A stretch of DNA of 64,000 nt from Octopus sinensis (GCF_006345805.1 NC_042998.1:147498001-147562000); one strand, 5' to 3'. Shown: positions 13,701-28,470, counted from the stretch's first letter. The notes: a model not told the origin generated them from the letters alone. Numbers and translations: made by a program.

Positions 13701-14740
13701 CTCATTTCATTGACAGAGCTGCAGTCATGTGTCAAACGTTGACCCAGGTTGGGTGTTTGGCATCTAGAATGTTGTCAGGTGCTCACTGTATTGTACAAGC
13801 TGCACAAAACTGTTAGTGGGAAAACAACTCAAGATTTCCATAGGGGATTAGTTGAGGATATGAGTGATGATGGCCTAGCATTGAATCTAGGCATCGACAA
13901 GAACAGTTTGAGCAGTCTCTTCCAGAGGACCTTCGGGCCAAAGATCATGGACAATTTCCAAAAGTCTTTGGCTTAGCAGTGCTACCGAAAGGCATTGTCC
14001 ATCTGAGACAAGCTCTTCAAGCATGGAAGGGCCAACAGCCTAACCTGCCCGAGATACTGAGGGAGGAAACTACCTGGCATGCAATAATTTAGTGTCCGTG
14101 CATTAGAGAGTTATGAGATTGTGTGGAGCAGCTGTTGTCGCGTGTAAGACGAATTCAGCTGTCTGCTGAGTGCATTGTGAAGATCAAAGCACCACCTTCC
14201 CTTAGCAGAGAAAGAAGGCATGTCTTTTCCCGCTTAGTAGCGGTGGCAAAAGAGGCTGTGTCGTGGACCCGTCTGAAAGGTTTGAAGACAAGCACATTCC
14301 TATCTGGTCAAGCTCTCATCAATTTCTTTAACTATCATTTGAAGAGGAAGGTGAGGATAGAGAGAGAGGTGCCGCCTTCTGGTGTGTTTATCAAAGGTGG
14401 TTGACAGTTGCAAGACTGGTGAGACTGTATGATCTACTCTGAATATGCTTTTCTAAGCAGGAGGAAAGAAACTAGAAGAGGGCACTTCCCTTGCCTTGGA
14501 GATGGCAGAGTAATCCGGGAATTTTGTGAGAGGTTTACCCCAGATTACCTTAAATGGACTGCCCCGCTATTGGGGATTCTATTATTTATTTATTTCTCTA
14601 CCTTCTATTACATATCTTCTGTTATATCTTTTAATGTAATAGTATCTCCCTTTAATTGATGTTAAATCTACATGCTTTTGTGCTGTAACTCGTCCTTCGA
14701 TATTGTCCTCCATGTTTTGGGTCCCTGTGGCCAATAAAAG

Positions 14741-14744
<4 letters not shown>
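10745..14744 (+). mobile_element. Tx1/L1-type LINE, decayed with internal deletion (copy T2)
   Basis: ORF1-like 11101-11853 (PSYMGRRPVRITVPSVPP); RT fragments SVRQGYPLS..LYILALEP, SAYADDVTV, KVLGVWFG, RGGLGIP over 12905-13742; frameshifts and stops; no endonuclease region; 3' end followed by (CAT)n. 5' boundary uncertain. Confidence 0.85.
12356..12709 (+). mobile_element. tRNA(Arg)-like SINE inserted in T2, with 15 bp TSD
   Basis: Head ggcgcaatggcccaatggttaagg...gactcgcg...ggtttcgattccc; (CAAA)n tail; TSD aaacacccacaacag (12341-12355) / aaacatccacaacag (12710-12724). Confidence 0.9.
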
Positions 14745-14783
<39 letters not shown>

Positions 14784-15046
14784 TATTATTATTATTATTA
14801 TTATCATCATTATTATTATCATCATCATCATTATCATCAAGATGGTGAGCTGGCGGAATCATTAGCATGTCAGGCAAAATGCTTAGCGGTATTTCGTGTC
14901 TTTACTTCTGAGTTCAAATTCCGCCGAGGTCAACTTTGCCATTCATCTTTTCGGGGTCGATAAAATAAGTACCAGTGAAAAACTGGGGTTGATGTAATCG
15001 ACTAGCTCCGTCCCCCAAAATTTCAGGCCATGTGCCTTTAGAAGAA

Positions 15047-15545
15047 AGTGACACTGGGTTAAAATATACGAAGCCCAGTATACTCATCATGACAACCCAT
15101 CTGATAATATACCAGGCATATGCATCACAACAATATGTGCGTGACATGGTGATCTCATATCAAGATAAACAACGCATGATCTTGCAGGTGGGGCCCAGTT
15201 AGAATTTTCTTCAGGTTGAGTAACCCATCCCGCTCAAAAGGTCCCTGAATAAGGTTTGTTTAAGGATGTTGAACAAAACACCCATATTTCCAAAGGTGAA
15301 TTATTCAAACCCCAAAGAATTCCTCTCAACACATGACTATGATGCTCCCCCACTACTTCTGCTCGTGATGAGGGATGCCCATATCGTCAGCCACTAAGGG
15401 ACATGCTCAACTGGTTATGGTCAAACAATTGACAAGCAAATCTGTGGTATTGAGCAGACTATTTGCTGTAGCCCATCTTTTATACCAAGACAAAACAATG
15501 TACATGATAACACTTATGAGAGCCACTACCATGTACTACATCTGA
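15047..15545 (-). mobile_element. ~550 bp (TAA)n-associated element, decayed copy
   Basis: Homologous to 18294-18845; (TAA)n at its 5' side. Confidence 0.8.
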
Positions 15546-15546
15546 G

Positions 15547-15621
<75 letters not shown>

Positions 15622-15631
15622 TATTATTATT

Positions 15632-16440
15632 ATAGACTTCGCACAGTATACACTATCGCGAGGTTGTTGTTTGAAGATATTGTGTACGTTTTGTTAAGTC
15701 ACAACAAAGACCTAAGGCAGACTACTTTACGCAATATGCGTGCCGTTCCAAGTAATGCTAATTTTTGCAATACACCTAGATTGTAGGGTATTTCTAAAGT
15801 TTTCAAATGTTTTTTTTTTTTTAGATTGGGTGGTATTGAACCCAATGCTCTGATGACAATAGGGATATACTTTATGTTTAACTCTCGTAGATGCCACGTC
15901 TTAGCGATTTCAATTCTCAGGTCTCCATACTTATCAAACTTTTCTCTTTCTTTCATGATGATATGTTGATCTGCTAGAACTGCCACGTCAATTATTAGAC
16001 ACACTTGTTTTTCCCACCTGAAGGTTACTATACCCAACCTTCGGTGCTCTAATACCTTGTCTGTCTGGAAATCAAAGTCCCAGGGGATTTTTGCCATCCT
16101 CTTTTCGTCCATTACCTTTTCCGGTGTATGCTGGTACCAAGCACCCGTAACTTCATATCCATACTTACGGCATAGTAGCCAGAGGAGGTTTTGGGCTACC
16201 TTTTCGCGTCTACGCTTGTACTCTTTCTGTACAAGACTTTCCCAAGCATTAAAAATGTGAGTCACGCTTTCGATCCTCTTCCCACACATTCTGCAGAGGT
16301 CCGTAGCACGTATGTGGTATATATTCTTTTTCACTGAGTTGGTATTCAATGCCTGGTTCTGGGCGGTGATGATTAGGCTTCCAGTACTCTTTTTTAGGTC
16401 ACCCTTGTTAAGCCATCTCCATGATGCTTCCTGGTCTTTT
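15632..16440 (-). mobile_element. R4/Dong-type RLE LINE fragment (D2)
   Basis: ORF 15699-16652: LIITAQNQAL, LCRMCGKRIESVTH, WDFDFQTD..LEHRRLGI, CLIIDVAV, IPIVIRALG. Confidence 0.88.
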
Positions 16441-17344
16441 AATTCGTTGGTTTCAGCAATTTTATTGATCCCCGAAGGATGAAAGGTAAAGCTGACCTCG
16501 GTAGAATTTGAACTCACAACGTAATGCGGGATGAAATACCACTGAGCATTTTGCCTGGCATTGTTAACATGCTGGTTAAAATGCATAGCAGCATTTTGTT
16601 CATCCTCACATCCTGAGTTAAAAATTCCACCGAGGGTGACTTTGCCTCTCATCTTTTTGTGGTCGATAAAATAAGTACCAGTTGAGTACTGGGGTTGATT
16701 TAATCGACTTACTCTCCCCTCTGAAATTGCTTGTCCTGGGGCCTTGTACTAAAATATGAAACCATTATTATTATGAAAGTGGCGAGCTGGCACACCATTA
16801 GTGCTTTAGCTCAATTCTGCTATCTGTGTAATAGAGATGTTCGTATTTTGATTCAGCCACCCCGCTGAACAAAATGTAAAGTGTAGTATATACTAACATG
16901 AAGTGATCAACTAATTTAAAACATTTATACTGTCCAGAGATTCTTCCTCTCAACCAAATGTCATGGGAAAAATAAGTTTCTTTTCACCCCACTCCTACTC
17001 TACACTACCCCATTATTTCCTCTCTTCTTCTGTCTTTCTCTCCTCCTCTTTCTCTCCCCCTCTCTCTCTTTCTTCCCCCCTCTCTCACTTTTTATTTTCT
17101 AAATTGCCTTTATTGTTCTGTATCTTTTCACAAATTTAGACATTTGTTTGTTATTCCAGCCACTGTTTTTACAGCTGGATTTTCCTTCTGTTACAAACCA
17201 CTCAATCATAAAAATGGCAAGGGTGTGAGGTGGAGGGAGGAGTTGGGGGTTGAACCTGTTATCAAGTGAGGCAAATTCATTTGAGTAGGGAACTAGAGCT
17301 TTACATAAAATTCAATAACAACAACAACAACAACAGCAGCAGCA

Positions 17345-18231
17345 ATAACAGACTGCAAAAAAGAACGAACAGAAACAAATTGAGGAGCAGTGGAGACGGA
17401 AGCCTCTGCGTGGACAGTATATACTTCGAAGCCGAAATGCTGATGTAGACCAAGCAACAACCCATCAGTGACTTAGAAGCTCAAGATTGAAAGTAGAGAC
17501 TGAAGTTTCATATTGGTGGCACAAGACCAAAGCTTCCAGGCTAATGTTCCTCGAAACGGTTCTGACTCTAAATGCAGATTCTGCGATACATTTGACGAAG
17601 CAATGGACCATCTCGTCTAGGATGTCCTGACACCAAACGAATACAAAAATCACCACGATACGGTAGGACAGTATTTACATTGGGAAATATGTAAACACTT
17701 CAAAATTAACACTCCTACCTACAAGTATGAACATCCTGAGCCAATCGTTGAAGGTTAAAATGTCACTATCCTTTGGGATTTTCCAGTCAACAGACAGAAC
17801 GAACCAGGCTAATCGACCAGACATAGTCGTTAAAGACAAGGAACAAAATACTTGTAGACTAATAAATGTAAGTTTATTGATAGAAATTGATAAAAATATA
17901 TCTGTAAAGGATTTTGACAAATCAAGTAAATATAAGGACCTGGAAATTTAAACACAAAAGATGTGGCTTCTTAAAGCGAGAACTGTTCCTGTTATTGTGG
18001 GCGCCCTAGGTATGATAAAAAAGGGATGTCAAAAATATCTAGATAATATCCCAGCAGAACTATACCTCACAGAAATTAAAAAGATTGTGCTAACAAGTAC
18101 TGCCCACATCCTTAGAAAACTTCCCCTCCCCAAGCTTTCAGTCATACTGTAAAATCTTTTATCCTTCATTCACTTTAGAACGCTGGGTGTGTCTCAGCAA
18201 GTGATTGTAACAAACATGCAGATTAAAAGTA

Positions 18232-18232
<1 letters not shown>
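17345..18232 (+). mobile_element. R4/Dong-type RLE LINE fragment (D3)
   Basis: NQANRPDIVVKDK..CRLINVS, KYKDLEI, VPVIVGALG; followed by (TAA)n. Confidence 0.85.
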
Positions 18233-18292
<60 letters not shown>

Positions 18293-18293
18293 T

Positions 18294-18845
18294 TGCCCTG
18301 ATGAAGTACCAGGCAGTGGCTCTCATGGCTTCTGATCTTAACTGATTGGAAGTGTTATCATGTACATTGTTTTGTCTTGGTATAAAAGATGGGCTACAGC
18401 AAATATTCTGCTCAATACCACAGATTTGCTTGTCAGTTGTTTGACCTTAACCAGTTGAGCATGTCCCTTAGTGGCTGACGATATGTGCATCTCTGATCAC
18501 GAGCAGAAGTAGTGGGGGAGCATCATAGCCATGTGTTGAGAGGGATTCTTTGGGGTTTGAATAGTTCACCTCTGGAAACATGGTGGTTCTTTCAACATCC
18601 TAAACAACCCTTATTCAGGGACCGTTTGAGCGGGATGGGCTACTCAACCTGAAGAAAATTCTAACTGGGCCCCACCTGCAGGTCATGTGCTGTTTATCTT
18701 GATATGAGATCACCATGTCGCGCACATATGGTTGTGATGCATGTGCCTGGTGTACCTTTATCAGACGGGTAGTCATGATGGGTATATTGGGCTTCGTATA
18801 TTTTACCCCAGTGTCACTTTGATGGCATGAACTGCTCTCTCACTC
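18294..18845 (+). mobile_element. ~550 bp non-autonomous element, full length
   Basis: tgccctgatg..gtaccaggcagtggctctc...cactgctctctcactc; (AAT)n on both sides; no ORF. Confidence 0.9.
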
Positions 18846-18919
<74 letters not shown>

Positions 18920-18921
18920 TA

Positions 18922-19474
18922 TGCCCTGATGCAGTACCAGGCAGTGGCTCTCATGGCTTCTGATCTTAACTGATTGGAAGTGTTATCATGTACATTGTTT
19001 TGTCTTGGTATAAAAGATGGGCTACAGCAAATATTCTGCTCAATACCACAGATTTGCTTGTCAGTTGTTTGACCTTAACCAGTTGAGCATGTCCTTAGTG
19101 GCTGACGATATGTGCATATCTGATCACGAGCAGAATAGTGGGGGAGCATCATAGCCATGTGTTGAGAGGGATTCTTTGGGGTTTGAATAGTTCACCTCTG
19201 GAAACATGGGTGGTTCTTTCAACATCCTTAAACAACCCTTATTCAGGGACCGTTTGAGCGGGATGGGCTACTCAACCTGAAGAAAATTCTAACTGGGCCC
19301 CACCTGCAAGGTCATGTGCTGTTTATCTTGATATGAGATCACCATGTCGCGCACATATGGTTGTGATGCATGTGCCTGGTGTACCTTTATTAGACGGGTA
19401 GTCATGATGGGTATACTGGGCTTCGTATATTTTACCCCAGTGTCACTTTGATGGCATGAACTGCTCTCTCACTC
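18922..19474 (+). mobile_element. ~550 bp non-autonomous element, tandem second copy
   Basis: Separated from the previous copy only by ~75 bp of (AAT)n. Confidence 0.9.
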
Positions 19475-19556
19475 AATGATAATAATAATAATACAGTTCT
19501 ACATTATTTACATTATTTACAATCGACGGATATTTGTCATCATCTTGTTTGTTGTT

Positions 19557-19602
19557 AACACAACGTTTCGGCTGATATACCCGCCAGACTTCTTCAGGTG
19601 TC
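19557..19602 (-). ncRNA. Minimal type-I hammerhead-like motif (Penelope-type) in a short repeat
   Basis: GACAC CUGAAGA a-gucug..cagcc GAAAC GUU GUGUU; palindromic ACGU stem III; stem II has an extra A and one mismatch. Confidence 0.55.
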
Positions 19603-19680
19603 TTTGGGAAATTTCGAACCTGGGTTCTCATTCCTAAGGTATTTTTCGATGTTGTTATTATTAAAATTATTATTATTATT

Positions 19681-20262
19681 CAGTAGTTTTATTTTTATAT
19701 CGTGCTTTCACTTCATTACCGAGCGCAGCTCTATGTGCCTTGGGTATGTGCTGTGGTTTGTTGTGATGCTCTTCTGGTTACTGCATTGAAAGTGTTTTGC
19801 GTAGGATGTGTGCAGTGCCCAGTAGTGCAATTTTCTGTATGTTGTATGTGTTTGTAAGTCCTGGTGTTTTTGTTATGTAGTTGTCTGAATATTTTTTTAT
19901 CATACCTAATGCGCTTACTATGATAGGAATTGTTTCTGTTTTTAGATTTCACATTCGAGTTACCTCTATTTCTAGGTCTTTGTATTTTGAAAGTTTCTCC
20001 ATTTCTTATAGAGAAACGTTGTCATCTGCTGGTATTGATACATTAATTAGAGAGAATTTTTCTTCATTATCTCTGACAACTATATCTGGCCTATTGGCAT
20101 TAATTTCTCTATCTGTGTGTTTTGGCATATCCCAGAATATGGTTGCTTTCTCGTTTTCTGTGACCTTTCCTGGTGTGTGCCTATACCATCTTTTTCTGTT
20201 GTTATTCCATTGTGTTGGCATAACTTCCAGTGTATGTAGGTCCCAACTCTGTCGCGTCTGTG
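19681..20262 (-). mobile_element. R4/Dong-type RLE LINE fragment (D4)
   Basis: IFWDMPKHTDREINANRPDIVVRDNEE; (TAA)n at the 3' end. Confidence 0.85.
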
Positions 20263-20296
20263 AATATATTCCTTCTTCTTCTTCTTCTTCTTCTTC

Positions 20297-22478
<2,182 letters not shown>

Positions 22479-22498
22479 ATAATAATAATAATAATAAA

Positions 22499-23053
22499 TG
22501 CCCTGATGCAGTACCAGGCAGTGGCTCTCATGGCTTCTGATCTTAACTGATTGGAAGTGTTATCATGTACATTGTTTTGTCTTGGTATAAAAGATGGGCT
22601 ACAGCAAATATTCTGCTCAATACCACAGATTTGCTTGTCAGTTGTTTGACCATAACCAGTTGAGCATGTCCCTTAGTGGCTGACGATATGTGCATCTCTG
22701 ATCACGAGCAGAAGTAGTGGGGGAGCATTATAGCCATGTGTTGAGAGGGATTCTTTGGGGTTTGAATAATTCACCTCTGAAAACTAGGGTGGTTCTTTCA
22801 ACATCCTTAAACAACCCTTATTCAGGGACCTTTTGAGCGGGATGGGCTACTCAACCTGAAAAAAATTCTAACTGGGCCCCACCTGCAAGGTCATGTGCTG
22901 TTTATCTTGATATGAGATCACCATGTCGCGCACATATGGTTGTGATGCATGTGCCTGGTGTACCCTTATCAGACGGGTAGTCATGATGGGTATATTGGGC
23001 TTCGTATATTTTACCCCAGTGTCACTTTGATGGCATGCACTGCTCTCTCACTC
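22499..23053 (+). mobile_element. ~550 bp non-autonomous element, full length
   Basis: Directly after D5 and its (AAT)n; (AAT)n at its 3' end. Confidence 0.9.
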
Positions 23054-23095
<42 letters not shown>

Positions 23096-23096
<1 letters not shown>

Positions 23097-23500
23097 GTAA
23101 ATTCTAATTTGACAAGATTAGTAAATATAAAGACCTGCTAATGGAAATTGAAAAAATGTGGCATCTCAATGCGACTACAGTACCAGTGATTGTAGGATCT
23201 CTAGGAATGTTAAAAAAAGGTACTGAAACCTATTTGAAAATGATTCCAGGCTTACCATTCCTACAGGAAGTGCAAAACATCGTATGAACTGGAACGGCTC
23301 ATGTACTGAGAAGAGCACTATCGCTGTGAAAATAACATCCATCCATGAATTTATTTATTTATTAATTTTTAAATACATATTTTATCTGTGAATTTGCGCG
23401 TGTAATCTGGGAATGCATACAATGCCCTTCTCTGCCCTAGGTGTATGGAAAACACTCGGCGAGAAACGGAAGAAAACTTGAAGAAAGAAGGAAAAAACAT
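23096..23500 (+). mobile_element. R4/Dong-type RLE LINE 3' fragment (D6)
   Basis: MEIEKMWHLNATTVPVIVGSLGML...TAHVLRRALSL*; (AAT)n on both sides. Confidence 0.8.
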
Positions 23501-23516
23501 AATAAAATAATAATAA

Positions 23517-23517
<1 letters not shown>

Positions 23518-23547
<30 letters not shown>

Positions 23548-23700
23548 AAGAAGAAGAAGAAGAAGAAGAAGAAGAAGAAGAAGAAGAAGAAGAAGAAGAA
23601 GAAGAAGAAGAAGAAGAGAAGAAGAAGAAAAGAAGAAGAAGAAGAAGAAGAAGAGAAGAAGAAGAAGAAGAAAAGAAGAGAAGAAAAGAAGAAGAAGAAG
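23518..23700. repeat. (GAA)n pure-purine tract, ~180 bp
   Basis: Direct reading; source of the poly-Arg and poly-Leu ORFs. Confidence 0.97.
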
Positions 23701-23729
23701 AATATTGTTGTTGTTGTTGTTGTTACTAC

Positions 23730-25490
23730 TGCTGCCAGAGACTTGCAAGAATTCGTGTCCAGCAGGTGCTGCCAGATATAGCCATTTCGTGGCTAACTGC
23801 TGTGGTCATGTTAGACATCAAGGAAAATGCAAAAATCCCCAAAGTCTACCAGACAAAAAATGAGAACTGGTTAAGAATAAACTTAGAATTCCTCATCCAA
23901 ATCAATCAAATGTGGATGCACTCCCAGACCAAATACATCTCCTGGTAGCCTCATCATACCTGTTAAGTGGAAGGAAGGGAGGAAGGAAGGAAGGAAGGAA
24001 GGAAGGAAGGAAGGAAGGAAGGAAGGAAGGAAGGAAGGAAAGAAGGCCAAGTGTCACATCTGCCTTTCGACCACCTAAAAGCCTTCTGCCTAAATTGAAG
24101 GAGAAGGAAAAGAAACCCCCTCTTCTCCTTATATCAAGGAATCCATTAACAACAGCCATCAAGGCTCAAAAAGTTACAACAGCACCATCACCAACAAAAC
24201 GAATTGCAGCATCAACAGAAACAACAGAAAATCCGACAAAAACCACTGCAACACCAGTTTCCACCATAGCAATTATGGTAACTCCAATACATGACATGCC
24301 ACTTCCCAATTCCAAGTGGTTTAGATATGTGGTGAGTTTGATTAGGACGGGGAGTGGAAAACAAAAAACTAAAAGGAGAAAGGACTAAAAGAAAATCAAT
24401 CAACAACAAAGAACAAACCTTGTCCACACAAAAATTGGAGGGGAAAATAAAAGCCACAAAGCAAAAAGCACAAGAAACAAGCACTACATCATGACCACTG
24501 CTGTAAACACCACCGCAACCACCAACACTACAAACACAACTCAGCCCACATACACAACAACAGCAGTAGCAACAACAACAAAAGCAAACACAAAGTAAAA
24601 AAAACAATTTTAAAATCTACATAACAGTAAACTCAAAAAATGCAAATTTCATGAATTACATAAAAACATACACCAACATAACATAAGCAGATTTTATAAC
24701 ACCCACAGTCCCCATAACAAGACGCAAATCATTCCAACAACACAAGACACATATCTAAAAACTAAATTCTCAAAGGAGATTGGTGACTTTCAAGGGAACA
24801 ACATCACGTGGATATTTGGTGATCGGTTGGTGGAAACATTCCAATCAAACTCCAGACAAGCTACATGACAGTAAACGAAATCAAGTAAGCTTTCCTTTTC
24901 ACTTTTCTTCCTATCCCAGTAATGTGGCCTTGCTCAGAATAGTCAATGTGAATGTACATAGCATTGGTTGCCTTGGAAGTCATCTGCTCAACGACTTCAT
25001 GTCACTGAACATTGATGTGGTGGCCATCAGTGAGACCAAAATTTCTGCGCCCTGAGACTGTGAATCCATTTTCAGAGACTATGAGTTATTTGCATCTCCA
25101 AGTCATCTGGGAGCGGGAGGTGGAGTCGCTATATTGTTTCGGAAGAACCTGGATCTCATGATAGGGACCATCTTCCTGGATCTGGAAGGTAAGTCAGTGG
25201 TGTTGGACGTGACCGGCAGTAAAGGACATGCTTTCAGGATAGTTGCCATCTATGCCATAGCAGGGAGTTAACACCCGCTGTATGGTGGATTGGGCATGCC
25301 ATGGCTGACGATGCACAAACATGTGACAGTGAACAAGTGCGGTTGCAGTTTGCCAAATTCGTTTCCCCAGCTCATCTCCTTGAAAGAGTTGACGTCCTGA
25401 GTCAAACAGAGATAAAGAGAAAGTACTTGGAAAGTGGAATGTCTTCAAGTGCTGACAGCCCTCAGCCAGTTGGGCACTGCAATGGGTAGA
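23730..25490 (+). mobile_element. Tx1/L1-type LINE fragment (ORF1 end + APE endonuclease start; T3)
   Basis: VQQVLPDIAISWL resembles the T2 ORF1 segment; IVNVNVHSIG...IDVVAISETK is an APE N-terminus; interrupted by (GGAA)n. Confidence 0.7.
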
Positions 25491-26385
25491 AAATCCACTT
25501 TAACATTCTATAGTGTGTTAATGCCCAGAAAAGCAATATATTTATGGTAAGGTGACTGAGAGGGGGTATTCATCTGCAAGCATGACTTTGGATAGCTTCC
25601 AGAATATCGTATTCTAGACAAGAAAGTTAACTAATAATGATTAACACCAATAGCATGTTTAAAATATTTTTAAATGATATACGCTAGCCATGTTTTCATA
25701 CAAGTGATGAAGGGAAGCATCCTAAAACATTTAGTATTTATGAAATTTCAAGTTTAAAAATGTAATTGATATTTATGAAGTTTGAATTCTGAAAAGAAAA
25801 AATTTAAAAAGGAAGCCATTATTTGTTAAGAACTTAAGTATTTTTAGGGTCCTGATTACAAATTGAAAGTAGAAGGATTAAGGCTAAGTAATCAGCAACA
25901 AAATTCTGAAAAAAGAAATTTCAGAATCATAAACTTCGTATTTTTAAACATTTTAAAATACGAAGATTATGATAATGATTTTCGTTCTTTTTTTCTTTTT
26001 CCTAACAGTGGAAAATTTAAAAAGAAAATTTTTTTAAAATAGTCTTAGAAAAGAATATTTGTGGCTTTCAGTAGAAAAGAGCGAGGTTGGAGCAGCATTC
26101 ATTGCAATGACGACCAACTACATGTTTGTTTAGTAAGTCTAATAACTTTATTTCCCAATGGAATTGTTGAAGTACAAATGAAGTAGACACACTTTAAACA
26201 GTTCAGCGATGGCAAAACGGGAATATTTATAAAGACTCCGAGCAAGCTAATACACTGAGGCCTATGACATTTATTAACGGCAAGCTACAGCATCTATAGA
26301 TTATTAACTTCCTGGACCTGTAGGAGCCACGAATAACTGTTTCAATAGGTGAATACCTTAAAACGATACCTACTATAACACCTTT

Positions 26386-27268
26386 AACGAGGAGGTACCC
26401 CAAAGTGACCAGAAACGTTCTCTGTGGGACAAGCCCGTTGTAGTTCGGGCTTCCACCGCTAGAAGCCACTTGATGCGACCTTCAGGCATCAGTCTGCCGA
26501 CCGACGGGGTCGTTCTGCCACGTGGTGCACCTTTGTTTTGCAGTACTTCTCCCCTCTTCGTCGATTTTTGCGATGGCTGAAACGAAGGAATTGCGTGCTT
26601 CTATGAAATTCTGTTTTCTGCTGGGGAAAATGGCGGCCTAAACAGTTATACTTCAAACAGCTTAAAAGGACGCTGCCATAAGCAAAACACAAGTTTACGA
26701 GTGGTTTTCACACTTTAGTAATGGTCACTTGTCACTTGAAAACCAACCTCGTTCAGGTCAACCGTCGACTTCCCGAACGAATGAAAACATGAAAATTCAG
26801 GAACTGATCTTGGAGGACTGTCACTGAACATTTGACGAACTTGTTGATATGATTGGTGTATCCTGGAACTCCTGTCAATGACTCTTGAGTGAGGAATTGT
26901 GAATGAAAAGAGTTGCAGCAGAATTTGTGCCTCGCTTCAAAAACGGTCACGACTGAATGTGTGTCGTGAATTGAAAGAACAGTTTGAAGTTGATCCGGCC
27001 TTTTTTCCGAAGGTCATCACTGGTGATGAAAGCTGGTGCTACGGAATTTCCAGATGTGAGAGGGGAAGGAAAAAAAAAACGAGAGAGGGGTTAAAAAACA
27101 TCACTGCACAAGAGTTCCAGCACTGCTTCGAATAGTGGAAAACGCGTCTGGACCGAAGCATTGTTTCGAATGGAGAATACTTTGAAGGTGATAAAAGTAT
27201 AAACATATAAAACTAAGTAGATAAAATAACTTTGCAAAATTCCAGTTTCTTTTGGGTTCCGCTTCGTA
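26386..27268 (+). mobile_element. Mariner transposon, internally deleted
   Basis: HTH remnants (VYEWF..., PRSGQPSTS), AAEFVP, ITGDESW, NGEYFEGD; degenerate ~28 bp TIRs. Confidence 0.85.
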
Positions 27269-27878
27269 CGTAGTTTATTTTGGGAAAAGTGGGAAACGAG
27301 GAAGAAAATTTGAAATAGAATAAAGGATATCAGCTTCCAAGGTAAGTAACTCTGTAAGATAATTAGTTATCTCCCTTGATTATCAATTCCCAGCGGCAAA
27401 ATTTTTTTCATTTCTGAATTAGACGCAGGGCCAAGTCGATTACATCGAGGCCAGTCTTGATCGGTACTATATTTTTATTGATTTCGAAAGGATGAAAGGC
27501 TAAGTTTCCTTCTGCAAGATTTAAAAGTCAGGATAGATACCGCAAAACATTAATTGCCATGTTCAAATTACCAAGAATAAGCAATAAATGAAATTTGCAT
27601 AACAAGCGATAAGTTACTATGTTTCAATATAATATAATGTGTTGTGGCTGTGATATAAATGTATGATTATGTAAGAATAAACGAGTTTGCTAATTTGCAA
27701 TACTTTCGTGCATTCATTATATTCCACTCAACAAATTTGTCGATATGCAGGTCGTTTGATTAAATAAACATAAATTACACACACACAAACTATATATATA
27801 TATATATTTAAACAATGATGCAAATAAGCAAATAAAACTGCTTGGGTTTGGTTTATTTGCATCATTGTCTCCATATCT

Positions 27879-28297
27879 TATTTCTTTATTGCCCACAAGG
27901 GGCTAAATAGAGAGGGGACAAACAAGGACAGACAAACGGATTAAGTCGATTGCATCAACCCCAGTGCGTAACTGGTACTTATTTAATCGACCCCGAAAAG
28001 ATGAAAGGCAAAGTCGACCTCGGCGGAATTTGAACTCAGAACGTAGTGGCAGACGAAATACCTATTTCTTTACTACCAACAAGGGGCTAAACACAGAGAG
28101 GACAAACAAAGACAGACAAAGGTATTAAGTTGATTATATCGACCCCAGTGCGTAACTGGTACTTAATTTATCGACCCTGAAAGGATGAAAGGCAAAGTCG
28201 ACCTCCGTGGAATTTGAACTCAGAACGTAGCCGCTGACGAAATACTGCTAAGCATTTCGCCCGGCGTGCTAACGTTTCTACCAGCTCGCCGCCTTTT
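27879..28297 (-). mobile_element. SINE B with internal tandem duplication, 16 bp TSD
   Basis: TSD cattgtctccatatct at 27863-27878 and 28298-28313; body and tail duplicated at junction ~28062. Confidence 0.9.
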
Positions 28298-28470
28298 CAT
28301 TGTCTCCATATCTGCTAACATGGATTCCTCTTATGACCACTCTTTATCCCACTGACCAGGTCCTCGGTAACGGTTTCGGAGTGTAAGTTCAAATCATTTG
28401 AACGCTACTATGTGTTTTCTACATTGAAAATCTCTGGATCTCCTCCGTTCACTCTATAAACACACACACA

